Origin: Octopus vulgaris
Lineage: Eukaryota
Assembly: GCA_951406725.2 (NCBI GenBank)
Contig: CATOCA020000001.1
Coordinates: 868,001 to 932,000 of the forward strand
Direction of reading: 5' to 3'
Length of the DNA: 64,000 nt
Made by a program: the position numbers and the translations under genes. Below the pieces are notes generated by a model. It had not been told where the DNA came from, ran no database searches, and saw only the letters and a program-made list of their open reading frames with translations. Shown here one piece after another: positions 1-14,119 of this stretch; position 1 is the first letter of the stretch, and each line of letters starts with the position of its first letter.

Positions 1-207
1 AGACGATTTAAAACAACTTTACAAGATTCGATGGTTTTTATTTCATTGTGAAGGCAAGAGGATATATAAATATACATGTATGTGTGTGTATACACTGGCA
101 TTTCAAAAGTAAGTATACACCCAACATTTCATGTATGTATGCATGTATGTATGTATGCATGTATGTATGTATGTATGTACGTATGTATGTATATATGTAT
201 GTACATA

Positions 208-433
208 CGGCGAGCTGGCAGAAACGTTAGCGCGCCGGGCGAAATGTTTTGCGGTATTTCGGCTGCCGTTACGTTGTGACTTCAAATTCCGCCGAGGTCG
301 ACTTTACCTTTCATCCTTTCGGGGTCGATAAATTAAGTACCAGTTATGCACTGGGGTCGATGTAATCGACTTAAAACCTATGTCTGTCTTTGTTTGTCTC
401 CTCTATGTTTAGCCCCTTGTGGGTAATAAAGAA

Positions 434-435
<2 letters not shown>
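208..435 (+). mobile_element. tRNA-derived SINE, family 1 (GGCGAGCTGGCAGAAACGTTAGC head), full length
   Basis: A/B-box-like head (TTCAAATTCC), central CCTTTCATCCTTTCGGGGTCGATAAATTAAGTACC block; near-identical copies at 42571-42804 and 49271-49502. Confidence 0.85.
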
Positions 436-464
<29 letters not shown>

Positions 465-482
465 TGTATGTATGTATGTATG

Positions 483-548
<66 letters not shown>

Positions 549-1439
549 AATATATATAAATATATATATATATATATAAATATAAATATATAGATGTGTA
601 TATATACATGCATACATATATATATATATGTATGTATGTATATATACACACACTATATACATATACATACATATATATATATGTATATATACACATCTAT
701 ATATTTTTGCATATACACACCCATCCACATATATATACAACATATATACATAGTGTATATATACTGTATATATATATATATATATATATATTAATATATA
801 TACATATATATATTTATAAATGGATGTATATATGTATCTAAATATAAATTGTCAGCATCAGCAGCATGTAACGTCCGTTTTCCATGCTGGCATGGGTTGG
901 ATAGCTTGAGAGGAAGTGCCAAGTCAGGAGCGACACATGCTTCCATGTTCTGTTTTGACTTGGTTTATATATATGACTCGCAGCAGAAATATTCGCAGAT
1001 CTTGACGAAGGAAGATGTGATTAACTGTATAATAAAACTCGGCTGTGCAAATCTCTGTTATCCTGATCCTTATTAATTTTATAGAGTGGTTATATACTGT
1101 CAACTTAACGTGACAGTCCCGTAAAGGGAATTACACTACCGCTATTTAGCCCTAGGAAGCATCGACGCTTCCTGTCGGCTTTGACACATTTCCCTTTACG
1201 GGGCTGTCCCGTTAAGTTGACAGTATACAACCACTCTATCGCTCCAACACCGCTGATGTCTCTCTGAGACATTTAGAAATTCAATAGTTCTAATAATATT
1301 AAGTTTATATATTGTATAACAGATCGTGGGTTAGGCCATAACAATGCGATATATATATTATGAAATATGTTTTATACCCACAATCTTTTACACAATATAT
1401 TCAGCACAATTCTTCATAGTAACTGTTCCATTATAATTT

Positions 1440-1502
<63 letters not shown>

Positions 1503-1716
1503 TAAGGAAAGGCAAAAAAATAGGCAATGCATAATAAGAAAATTTAATTACATTTAATTCAATCTAAATTTAGCGACACGGTGTGCGGTAGACATTTTGG
1601 TGGCGCTCTCATTTGGACACGCAAAATGCATACTTATTTGTTTGAGTCATCCTGACGAAAACACCTCATATCTTCTCTCTCACCCTCTTCCTCTTCCTTC
1701 CTCTCTCTCTCTCTCT

Positions 1717-1784
<68 letters not shown>

Positions 1785-1792
1785 TCTACACG

Positions 1793-1828
<36 letters not shown>

Positions 1829-2069
1829 CAGTAATGCCTCGATATACGAGTTAATTTGTTCCCAGAGACTGCTCATAAAGGGAAAACTCGTAAAGCAGAA
1901 CAACAATTTCTCATAGTAGCAATATTATAAATCATAATCCATTCCCAGAAAAAATATTTTACCAATAAAATTCATAATACTCGTAAATAAACGGCAATAA
2001 AACAAGAGTAGAATGTAAAGAATATTTTATGCAAATTAAAAAGAATGTCAAGATCATTTATAATAAAAA

Positions 2070-2106
<37 letters not shown>

Positions 2107-2447
2107 GTTGTTGTTGTTGTTGTTGCTGTTGTTGTTTTCTGAACCACTTTCACTCACACTATACTCATGCACTTCATCACCTGTAAGCACAATAACCCAA
2201 TTCACAAGTACTCATAGACGGACTTGTAGATCTCTTTAAATAAACAAAAAATCAAGTCTAGAGTTGCTTGCTTAAGAGAAGCTTTTTTCCCGAACTCTAT
2301 AAATGCATTCGTAACACTGAGAAGCATCTGTTATGGCAGCAGAAAGTTCTTTGCACTTCGTCGGAAGATTGGATCTTGCGCTTGAAAGATAGAACTCGTT
2401 AACCCAGTGTCTTGTAGAGCGGGTCCTCGTAAAGTGAGGCATTACAG
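1829..2447. mobile_element. Non-autonomous pogo/Tigger-like DNA element (MITE)
   Basis: Imperfect TIRs CAGTAATGCCTCGATATACGAG / CTCGTAAAGTGAGGCATTACAG flanked by TA; no ORF. Confidence 0.7.
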
Positions 2448-2520
2448 TACATGCATACATACATACATAAATACATACATACATACATACATATATGTAT
2501 GTAAGTATGTGTGTGAGTAA

Positions 2521-2570
<50 letters not shown>

Positions 2571-2820
2571 GAATAAGGGTAGAAATTGATATTAATCAAT
2601 TAAAACCACTGGCCTAGCATATAAAAAAAATCCGAAGATTAAAATATTTTTACATACAAAATTTAAAGGACTGACCACTAAAAGTGGACACTCAATATGC
2701 TAGATATAGACGTCAAAACTTTGGTTTTTTCTTGAGAACACATTCTTCGTGGAAAATAGCGATTTTGACGTCTATATCTAGCATGTCGACCGTCCACTTT
2801 TAGTGGTCAGTCCTTTAAAT

Positions 2821-2855
<35 letters not shown>

Positions 2856-2857
<2 letters not shown>

Positions 2858-3032
2858 AGGCGCAATGGCCGAATGGTTAGGGCAGCGGTCGTAGGATCAC
2901 GAGTGGCTGTGTGGTGAGTAGTTTGCTTACTAACCACATGGTTCCGGCTCAGTCTCACTGCGTGCCACCTTGGGCAAAGCCTTGCGAGTAGATTTGGTAG
3001 ACGGAAACTGAAAGAAGCCCGTCGTATATATG

Positions 3033-3064
<32 letters not shown>

Positions 3065-3425
3065 TGTATGTATGTATGTGATGTATGTGTGTGTGTTTGT
3101 ATGTATGTATGTATGTATGTATGTATGTATGTATGTATGTGTGTGTGTATGTGTGTGTGTATGTGTGTGTATGTATGTATGTATGTATCTGTATGTGTGT
3201 ATGTATGTATGTATGTATGTGTGTGTGTGTGTATATATATGTTTGTGTGTCTGTGTTTGTCCCCCCAACATCGCTTAACAACCGATGCTTGTGTGTTTAC
3301 GTCCCCGTAACTTATCGGTTCGGCAAGAGAAACCGATACAATAAGTACTAGGCTTACTCGACAAATGGCGGTGCTCCAGCATGGCCACAGTCAAATGACT
3401 GAAACAAGTAAAAGAGTAAAAGAGA
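2856..3425 (+). mobile_element. SINE family 2 with a family 3 head fused at 2856-2900 and an internal (TATG)n/(TG)n
   Basis: Body matches copies at 6589-6985 and 28575-28920; head matches 10142 onward. Confidence 0.8.
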
Positions 3426-3584
3426 GTAATACTTACCAGAGTTAATAATTAGGTTTCGATTCCTGTCTGAGATCTTTCTGTGTGTGGAAAGTTCAGCTTG
3501 TTGAAACAACCACTTCAATGCATTTGAGTGACAATAACCGCGAGGTTTATAATATACTATATACAGGAGTGGTTATCATCTCCG

Positions 3585-3620
<36 letters not shown>

Positions 3621-3977
3621 CGTGTGCCTTCAAGCGTAAATATATCTGTGTGTAATGAAAACTTAGCACACGATCTATTATGTTATTTGGTGAGGTGAAC
3701 AAATGAAAAAACCTTGACACCAATTATTGCAAGGAGTGTCAAACAGGTATGTCTATACTTTGTGTCTGTATGTGCGCTCATAGTAATGAATGTACGTATA
3801 TATATATATAAGTATGTGTGCGTTTTTGAGTGTGCAAGGTTTCTACTGCTGGTGGAGACTCTAAAATACTTGGAAACATACATACACACACACACAAACA
3901 GGCACACACGCACTCGTGCGTGCACGTATAAATACAGATAGTTATGTGTGTATAGATATCAATATATATGTGTGCAA

Positions 3978-4008
<31 letters not shown>

Positions 4009-4160
4009 AGTATGTATGAATGTATGTATGTATGTATGTATGTGTGTGTGTATATGTATGTATGAAAGTATGTATGTATGTATGTATGAATGTATGTATG
4101 TATGCATGCATGTATGTATGCATGCATGTATGTATGTATGTATGTATGTATGTATGTATG

Positions 4161-4191
<31 letters not shown>

Positions 4192-4890
4192 GTAAATATG
4201 TATGTATATGTGTGTGTGTCTGTGTGTTACGTATTCATATCTTGATACTGAGAGGACTAAGATCCCTGTTGATAGGCCGCTGGTATTTATAGGGTTAAAC
4301 ACTTTTGTTATGCAAATTAGGGAGTCCTTCATAGAGTAACTGCTGCATTTGTTGAGTATATAAACAGTTTGGTTGCTTCGTTTTGCGGAGATTGCCAAAA
4401 TGATGGGGACGCCTCTGATAAGAACCCAATTAGATTCGAAAATCGATTAAGGTTGTTCATTGATTTTCAGCCTGTGGAGAAATGGCTGAAATTTGCCCCG
4501 TTTATAATTGTTACAAGGAGGGGTCTTCCGTCGAAGACGACGAATGACCCTTCAGCCGAACGACCTGCAGAATGAATTGTTTAGTGATGAAATCTTCGTG
4601 CTGCACATTAACTCACTTTGTCCATCAAATCGATGTTGTCAGAACAGGTGCACTCAATGCCACGGGTCAGGTGTTGAAGTGATCGCAAAGCAAGTGTCCT
4701 TTCTCTCTTTTTTTTCTCTCCTTTTTTTTCTCTCCTTGTTTCTCTCCTTGTTTCTTTCTGTCTCCCTTTCTGTAGAATAGCGTAGGCTCGAAACGTAAAC
4801 CCTTTTTCTATTCCTGGGCGTTATACTAATACATCTGGTTGTTTTGTACACCAACTGTCTTCGTCTTTTGTTTATTCTCGTAAACTCTCC

Positions 4891-4941
<51 letters not shown>

Positions 4942-4942
<1 letters not shown>

Positions 4943-6378
4943 CGGGAAGCTTTATGAAAATAGACAAAAGACGAAGGCAGGTGGAAAACAAACAAACAAT
5001 TGTATTAGTATGGCGCTCAGGAAATATAAATAAAACAAGTCTTTAACATTTCGAGCCTACGCTCTTCAACAGAAAGATACACAGAGAGAAAAAAACACAG
5101 AAAGAAGGAGAGAAAAAAATGCGTGCAGTAACTAACGAATCAACATGGCGATCTGATTTCGGCCAGAGGTCAAAGATCAAACATGAGACGCGAGAGCGAA
5201 ATAAGGGGAGATAATAGGGTTGAATGACCCTAGGATAGGTCTGGACAGGCGTATGTATGGGGTTGGTGTATGTATTAGTATGTATTAGTATGTATTAGTA
5301 CGTATTAGTATGTATAAGTGTGTGTGTGTGTGTATGAGAGAGTATAAGTGCGTATGAGGGGTCTGGACGTGTGTATGTATAGGGTTGGTGTATGTATTAG
5401 TATGTATTAGTATGTATTAGTACGTATTAGTATGTATTAGTACGTATTAGTATGTATTAGTTGGTGTATGTATTAGTATGGCACATCATATATGATGTGA
5501 TGTGTAAAGTCGTGTGGTGTAGTGATGAGAAGAGGGGGGGAGAATGGGAGGGGAAGAAGAGGGGGAGGAGAGGGGGAAGAGGAGAGGAGGGGGGATAGAG
5601 AGGATGGGGAGAAGGAAGGGGGAGGAGGATGGGGAGGAAGGAGGAAAGAGGGGGGGGGGGAGAGAGAAGGGGAGTGAGGGAGCAGAGGGAAGAGGGAAGG
5701 AGGGAGGGAGAAAGAGGGAAGAAGGGAAGGGGAGTAGGGGTGAAAGGATGAAGGACTGAAGAATAGGGGTCGGGGGGAAGGATAGGTGAGGAGGGGGGAG
5801 GGGGTTAGATGAGGAGGGGGGAGAGTTGAGACCAAATGGCGTATAAGAGAGAAGAGAGAAGATTAATTCCTGTTCACGGCGCAAACGGGAATCCGGATGG
5901 CCTCTGTGTAAGGACAAACCGAACACAGATAGGTGTTGCAAGGAGTGACCGGTGGAGCGGAAATGGCGTGAGACCGGTGTGTCGTTCGCAAGGTGGATGT
6001 CACGAAGGTGTTCCGAGAACCGGTCAGCCAAGCGGCGTCCCGTTTGTCCGATGTACAAGGAATTGCAGAGAGAGCAAGAGACGCAATAGATAATATTGCT
6101 GGAGGTGCAGGTGAAGGAGTGGATGATGGGATAGGGTCGATGGTGGGTGCTAGTGAGGCGGGTGGTTTTGGAGAGGTAAGGGCAAGTGCGGCAACGTGGG
6201 CGGGAGCAGGGGAACGAGCCGGGTTGGGAGGTAGGGTCAGGGAAGGAGCTATGGACCAAAAGGTCTCGAAGGTTGTGGGCTCGTTTGAAAGAGGGGAGGG
6301 GTCGGTTAGGGAAGAGGTGTGAAGTGGACGGGTCGGACTGGAGATGACGGAAAGCTCGAAGAATGGTGCGTTGGAGAT
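4942..6378 (-). mobile_element. Penelope-like element, 5'-truncated (GIY-YIG endonuclease end plus 3' terminal repeat)
   Basis: ORF 5486-6403: C..PRC.TC linker and NIIYCVSCSLCNSLYIGQTGRRLADRFSEH GIY-YIG; both ends sit in (TA)n. Confidence 0.9.
5270..5480. repeat. 10-bp minisatellite (TATTAGTATG)n in two blocks
   Basis: Direct reading; inside the Penelope 3' region. Confidence 0.85.
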
Positions 6379-6588
6379 GTATATGTGTATATATATATAT
6401 CATTTAAAGGGAATTGATTCAAGGTTTTCTCCTAATGTGGGCTCCAAGTTATGGTAGAGAATAGAACATCCGTCTATCAACAGTATATATTGCTATTGAA
6501 GCATATATTAAGGTATATACAGCTGTGTCCTATCACTTATATACACATGCACATGAACAGATAAATATATTCATTGATATATATGTAT

Positions 6589-6985
6589 AGGTGCAGGAGT
6601 GGCTGTGTGGTAAGTAGCTTACTTACCAACCACATGGTTCCGGGTTCAGTCCCACCGTATGACACCTTGAGCAAGTGTCTTCTACAATAGCCTCGGGCCG
6701 ACCAAAGCCTTGTGAGTGGATTTGGTAGACAGAAACTGAAAGAATCCCGCCGTTTATATGTATATGTGTGTGTTTGTGTGTGTGTATGTGTGTGTGTTTG
6801 TTGCCCCAACATCGCTTGACAACCGACGGTTGTGTGCTTACTTCCCCGTAACTTAGCAGTTCAGCAAAAGATACCGATAGAATAAGTACTAGGCTTACAA
6901 AGAATAAGTCCTGGGATCGATTTGCTCGACTAAAAGCGGTGCTCCAGCATGTCCGCAGTCAAATGACTGAAACAAGTAAAAGAGT
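6589..6985 (+). mobile_element. tRNA-derived SINE family 2 (GGAGTGGCTGTGTGGTAAG head), full length
   Basis: A box TGGCTGTGTGG, B-box-like GGTTCAGTCCC, CORE-like CACCTTGAGCAAGTG, shared tail ending GACTGAAACAAGTAAAAGAG. Confidence 0.88.
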
Positions 6986-6986
6986 A

Positions 6987-7048
<62 letters not shown>

Positions 7049-8094
7049 CTATATTCAACATACGTCCAAATGCATTCCGGCATTCAATTTCACGTTCCAC
7101 CGTCAGTTCTCGATTCAATGAAAGGAAGTTTCCAGCTACGGTATAAACTAAGTAAGAACATAAATAGGATAAGATTCACTACAATTGTTTCAGATGTGTT
7201 TTTCTATTGGAGAACAAATCAATTACATCACGAAAAAAAAGACGTTTTCTTCAGGTGCATTTTAATCTAGAATTTAACATTTAGGCTTTGGCTCGAAGCG
7301 AATATCTTTTGGCTTACTCATCTCGGTGACGATCAGAGAGGTTTTAAGGTTTTAGTCGAACCAATCAACCCCAGGATATTTTTTTAATCTAGTAATTATT
7401 GCATGAGTCACTTTGCTGAACACCAACGCCGGTTGTCAGGTGGTGATGGGGAGGAGGGACAGACACAGGAACAAACACACACACACCTGCAGATACGCAC
7501 CTGCACACACACACACACACAAACACACATGCATGCGCACGCGCGCACACACAGACACATACACCCACAATATTCGACAGGCTTCATTTAGTTTCCATCT
7601 ACCAAATCCACTCACAAGGCTTTGGTCGACCCGGGGCTATAGTGGTAGGAGACTCGTGCCCAAGTTTACTTTTGTTTTTATTTTGGGGGCTTATAACCCT
7701 TTTTGCGCTCATGACCATTTTTATTTATGGGTTTATACCACTATATGGGAGAAAGGGTCATATACCCATAAACAATCTAGACTATCCGAAGTCATTAATG
7801 GGTCGTAAGGTACAGATGATGAAATATACTCGAACCGGGAATATTTTCCACATAAATAGCCTCCAACCAGGGTCATTTGGTGACAACCTACTCTCAGATA
7901 CATACTTAGACAATCAATTAATATATACACAAATTATACATTACACAAACACAAAAAAATACAAATAAAATTAACTTAGGCATGTGCTATATATTATAGC
8001 CTCGGCCCAACCAAAGCCTCCTGAAGCCTTGTGAGTGGGTTTGGTAGGCGGAAACTGAGAGAAGCCTGTCGTCCACACACAAACGTATTTTTTA

Positions 8095-8577
8095 TTGTTT
8101 TATTTGTCTCAGTCATTTGACCCTGACCATACTGGAGCACTGCCTATAGTAGAGCAAATCGATCCCAGATCTTATTCTTTGTAAGTCTCGTACTTATTGT
8201 ATCGGTCTCTTTTTTCGAACCGCTTATTACGTAGATGTAAACATACCAGCATCGGTTGTCAAGCGATATTGGGGTGGAACAAGCACAGACACACAAACAC
8301 ACGCACATACACACACACACACACCCTACACACACATGCACACACACACACACACACATACACACACACACACACACACACAAACACACACATATATATA
8401 TATATATACGACGGGCCACGTTCACTTTCCGTCTACCAAATCCACTCACAAGGCTTTGGTCTTCCACAATAGCCCGAGGCTATACAAGAAGACACTTGCC
8501 CAAGGTGCCACGCAGTTGGACTGAACCCGGAACCATATGGTTGGTAAGCAAGCTACTTACCACACACTCCTGCGCCT
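8095..8577 (-). mobile_element. SINE family 2, full length
   Basis: Reverse complement of the 6589-6985 family with an internal (CA)n. Confidence 0.85.
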
Positions 8578-8964
8578 ATGTATATGCATGTGTGATATAT
8601 ATATACATATATATTTCGTTTTGAGATTTGGTTTGCAAGATTCTTTATATGAGTTCGTGTGTTGAAACATATTCTGTTGTGTCTGGGGAGAGTCATTTTC
8701 TGTTAGTGGTTTATAATTTAACACACTCACATACATACGTTTGTGTGCGTTTGTGTCCGTGTTTGTCGCCCCACAACCACTTGGCAGCCGCTGTTGGGTC
8801 GGTTACATCCCCGTATATTAGCATTTCATCAATAGAGATTTCTATAGAATAATTTACTTGTCTTAAAAAATAACACTTGGGGGTAATTTGTTCGACTCAC
8901 TCCATTGAAGGCGGTACTCCAGTATGGCCGCATTCAAATGACTGAAACAAGTAAAAGAATAAAA

Positions 8965-9020
<56 letters not shown>

Positions 9021-9270
9021 CTTATTACTTATTATATTTAATTTAACTTTTTCATACTTTTTGGTTAATTATTTAAAAAAATTTGAAAAGTTTAAAAATT
9101 AAAAAATTAAAAAATATAAAAATTTAAAAACTTAAAATTTCATATTTTATATTTTTATATGTATATTATATATTATATTAATTATATTTATTTTTTATTT
9201 TTTATGTTTTGGTTTATGTCTATCACTGTTTGATTTGCCTAATAGTGGTTTTATCTCTAATTTAATTTAT

Positions 9271-9333
<63 letters not shown>

Positions 9334-10141
9334 TAAATTAGAGATAAAACCACTATTAGGCAACTCAAACAGTGATAGACATAAACCAAAACATGTATGT
9401 ATGTATGTATATATATATATATAAATATATATATACATATATACTTATATGCATACATATATACATACATACATATATACATATATATTTGTACATACAA
9501 ACATACAAAAACATATACACACTCACTCATGCAAGTATAGACGAGCAAGGCCCTATACTTCACGTTGGTCCAGTCCACTCAGCCGTAAAATATCCACCCT
9601 GCGACGGAATAGCCTTCCAATGAGGGTGAGATGGTGGCTCCCTCGCGCATCCGGCGGAGTTGCAACATTCGAAAGTTAAAACGACGCCAAGTACATTGTG
9701 GCCGGACGATGAATACGAACATTCGATTTTCCGGTCAGTCACGTGATCACGATCGCAGGATGTAGATATATACATATGCTTGGACATATGCAAATCGATA
9801 TATACGTGTCTGCATGTCTGCAGTAGTTCGATGTTGTCTACAGTTGTTAATTCCTACCGTCTGAAGCCCTCCACACGCGTCAATTATTTTCCTTGTCAAG
9901 GGAGGTAATTCTTAATATATAGCAATGTCTATTAAGAGTAGTTTCCCTTGACACTAAAACTCGCCTTATTCTGTTGTCTGAGTCATTTTCTTTTTGTGTC
10001 TTATAATTTAACGCTCACCGATAAAATTTACAATTTCTTCTTATTTTCACAAAATTTTCGTTGCGTCTTGCAACCTTTTCAATAGTCTTGACTCTGTCCG
10101 TTATTTAAACTGCGTTCCCTTTTGTTTGTTAGTGCGCATAT

Positions 10142-10320
10142 GGAGGCGCAATGGCCCAGTGGTCAGGGCAGCGGACTCGCGATCGGAGGACAGCGGTTTC
10201 GATACCCAGACCGGGCGCTGTGTGTGTTTATTGAGCGAAAACACCTAAAAGCCCCACGAGGCTCCGGTAGAGGATGGTGGAGACCCCTGTTGTACTCTTT
10301 CGCCAAACGGCGGTGCATCA
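10142..10320 (+). mobile_element. tRNA-derived SINE family 3 (GGAGGCGCAATGGCCCAGTGG head)
   Basis: tRNA-like head with TGGCCCAGTGG and GGTTTCGATACC boxes; same head at 2856. Confidence 0.7.
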
Positions 10321-10799
10321 GCAGGGCCGCATCTCTGGGCTGAAACTTAAAAACAAAATATGTGGGTGTGTGCCTATACATGTATGCATGTACGTGTGTT
10401 TGTATGTGTGTGTTTCCATGTGTATGTGTGTATATATGTGTGTGTATTCATATGTATATATGTAATTGTGTGCATCTGTATGTACGTATCCTGCATATTT
10501 ATGTGCTTGTATGTCCGTGTTTGTGCATTTTCAATGTATGGGTGTGTGAGCATGTGTTTGTATATGTATGCACCTCTGTCTCTTTGTGTATGCATGCGTG
10601 CGGATGTGTGTTATGCAACTCTGTACCATGTTTGTATGTATGGATGTGCATCTTTATATGTGTGGATCCGTGTCTCCATCTGTGTCTGTTCTTGTAACTT
10701 ATGTGTCTATCGTCTTAGAATATTTTCTTATCCAGAATAATTGTCTCCGCTCGTTTCAATGCAAATGCATTTGTGTATGTACGTGTGAAAGTGTGAGAA

Positions 10800-11515
10800 T
10801 GTATGCATACACATACATACGTACATATATACATACATACGTACTACATACATACGTACGTACGTACATACTTACATACATACGCACATACATACATACA
10901 TACATACATACGTACTACCTACGTACATACATACATACATACATACATAGATACATAAATACATACATACATACGTACGTACATACATACATACATACTA
11001 CCTACGTACATACATACATACATACATACGTACGTACGTACATACATACATACATACATACGTACTACCTGCGTACATACATACATACGTACATACATAC
11101 ATGCATACGTACGTACGTACTACGTACATACATACATACATCCCATACGTACATACATACATTCATACATACAAACACACATATATACCTACATACATAC
11201 ATGCATACATACACACATACATACATACAAACATACATACACACATACATGTACATACATACATACATACATACAAACATTCATACATGCATCACATACA
11301 TGCATACATATATACATCACATACATACATACATACTTACATACATACATACATACAAACACACATATATACATACATACATACATACATACAAACACAC
11401 ATACATTCAAACATACATACATACATACATACATACATACATACAACCACACATACATACATACATTCGCATTTACAGTGACAGACATCTGCCGTTGATC
11501 GTCTACCGACTTCCT

Positions 11516-11563
<48 letters not shown>

Positions 11564-11620
11564 CACACACACACACTCACACTCACACACACACACGCAC
11601 ACACATACACACATGCACAT
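10800..11620. repeat. Long compound (CATA)n/(CA)n microsatellite
   Basis: Direct reading. Confidence 0.95.
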
Positions 11621-11649
11621 ATATTTATATTTATTGTTTATATTTACTA

Positions 11650-11965
11650 TGTTTGTTGTTGTCGTTGTAGCTGGTACTCCGTCAGTGACGACGACGCGGT
11701 TTCCAGTTGATGCAATCCACAGAACAGCCTGCTGCTCGTGAAATTATCTTGCAAGTGGCTGAGCACTCCACAGACACGTGTACTCTTAACGTAGTTCTCA
11801 AGGATTTTCAGCGTGACACAGAATGTGACCACGCTGGCCCCGTTTGTATTACAGGTACAATTCATTTTTGTCAGCTGAGTGGACTGGAGCAATGTGAAAT
11901 AAAGTGATTTGTCTTAGGGACAAAACGCGTCACCATGTATCGAACTCTTGACCTTACGATGAGGT
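11650..11965 (-). mobile_element. Degenerate SINE (fourth family) with (CAA)n-type tail
   Basis: tRNA-like B-box remnant near 11940-11950 on the minus strand and simple-repeat tail at about 11652-11666. Confidence 0.5.
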
Positions 11966-12656
11966 TGCTAATGAGAGAGAGAGAGGAGAAAGAGGGAGAT
12001 GGAGAAATAGCGAGAGAGAGGGAGAGAGTTTACTAAAACTGTCCTTCATTTTACTTGAAGATACTTGGCTGTTATTTCTAGCATACTGTGAGACCACTTA
12101 GAGGATAATACTTTACAGATACTTCTTGACGTGCTCTTCGATTTTGGATGACAAATAATGCAGATTCAGGGCCACTTAGCCGTTCTTTCGAAGACCAAAT
12201 GAGCAAAACGATCGCATGCATCTGGCGACTCGATTTGGCGTTTAGGGTCCTGCTTAGCAGAGCGACTACACACAGGGATGTTCTTGAGTGTCGCCTGGGA
12301 AGCCACACGATCCACTTTACGAGACACGGTGTCACAGGATGTAGGGGCTGTGCCGTACGAGGCAGCGATTTTAGTCTTATCCTTCGACACAAGCCATACA
12401 CTCGAACGATCGACCACGCCTTCCACCGAGGCAACATCCTCCGCAGCAGTTAACCGTGACGATTGAGTGGAGGAACAAACTCGATACATTGGCCAAGGAG
12501 CAAAGTCAAATGGCGCAGAAGACGGCTGCAACCTTCGGGTGAAGCTCCTTCTAAGAATAGTTCTTCGAGAAGTACACGCATCCGTCTCCGTCTTTGCAGC
12601 CGACCCGAAACTTCGACCTTCTTTCCGCCATGATCAGAGTAATCACCAGCGTCGGC

Positions 12657-12717
<61 letters not shown>

Positions 12718-12740
12718 TGCGTGCGTGTGCGTGTATGTGT

Positions 12741-12772
<32 letters not shown>

Positions 12773-13830
12773 ACGTCCGCCACTACAAGTGTGCACATAT
12801 ATGTATACATTTACTAGTAAATGTACGGGTCTGTCTGGTCGCCTGAAGGCTGAATCTGCACCCCAGCGTGCTAGACATAAAGCATACACCGAACAGTCTC
12901 CCAAACGACACCTCCCTAGATCTTAAAGTAACCGTGATGACAGATCTTTATTGTCATAAACCGTAGGACTGTAAGTGTTTACGGCCTACGTGGATCAGGG
13001 TGAACGTCGTTGTCTACGCCTGTGTGAGGATTATGTGCGTGTATTTGTGCCTGTGTAACCCCCCCCCCTATTAGCAAGTATAATACCCCTCCTCCCTTTA
13101 AACTTAATACAGTCTAATCCTTCTCTTACAGGTCTCACCCTATCTCTGTTTCTTTCCCAAATACTTTCTCTTGTATATTTTCTTTCCTTTCCAATAGTTG
13201 ATACGTCTGCATTTACAATTCTTTACAATTATTGTTTATGAATAGGATAAGGACAATCGTAGCAAAGTCGGATTCCCTAATGAAGCGGGCAAAGAACATG
13301 ATTGCTTTAACTAAATATTTTTGGTGGGAATTGATGTAACACAATATGATGCGCAGCATCCCACACCCGCAAGGGTCAGTCGCGGGATGGGTGGAAACAA
13401 TCATCATACAAAATAAAAACTAATACCAAATCCTTCTTCTGTTTCATTAATCGATTATTATCTCAACTAACTCTGTGGAATTCCTGAAGTAGATCCAACG
13501 GAAATATACCCCAAGTGCGGATGACACCAGGTAGCCCCAAACTGTGCCAGTGCTTTACTCAACACATCAACGCACTAATTGACATATACTCATTAGTACA
13601 ATAATTACATATGTATATATATATGTGCGTATGTGCGTATGTATGTATTTATGAATCTATGCATGCAACACCTCGCTACATTTCTTCCTTTGTCTCTCTC
13701 TCTCTCTTCATATCTATCTCCTTTTGTCCTCTCTCTTGCCCTTTCTCCTACTCTTACCCTCCTCTCTCTCTTTTTCTCTTTCTCCTACCTCATTATATAA
13801 CACCGCCTAATCCGGTTTCTTTCTCAAATC

Positions 13831-13876
<46 letters not shown>

Positions 13877-13949
13877 AGAAAGCATATACACCATTCTGCT
13901 TTTATCTCTCCCACGTTCTCTATTTTTGTCTCTCTGTGTCTGTCTCCGT

Positions 13950-13989
<40 letters not shown>

Positions 13990-14119
13990 AACATATCATT
14001 CGACTTTTTCTCTTTCTCCTTTTCTCTCTGCCCCTCATCATATTTCTACCTTTATCATTCCGCGTCTCTCTTGCTACTCCTCTCGTCTCTTTCTTTCTCC
14101 CTAACTTACTGAACAAGTT

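Noticed and set aside
5270-5480. Regularly spaced short repeats suggesting a CRISPR-like array
   Set aside because: Head-to-tail 10-mer minisatellite without unique spacers, in a eukaryotic retroelement; no cas genes.
10142-10215. tRNA gene
   Set aside because: tRNA-like head continues into a SINE body and recurs at 2856; no complete cloverleaf or acceptor stem.
10568-11710. 380-aa ORF and the many YI/HT/CV/MYVC-rich ORFs throughout the track
   Set aside because: Translations of (TA)n, (CA)n and (CATA)n microsatellites, which lack stop codons in some frames; no protein signal.
13270-13410. Possible hammerhead (CTAATGA ... hairpin ... GAAAC)
   Set aside because: Core is mutated and I could not build consistent stems I and III or a cleavage triplet.
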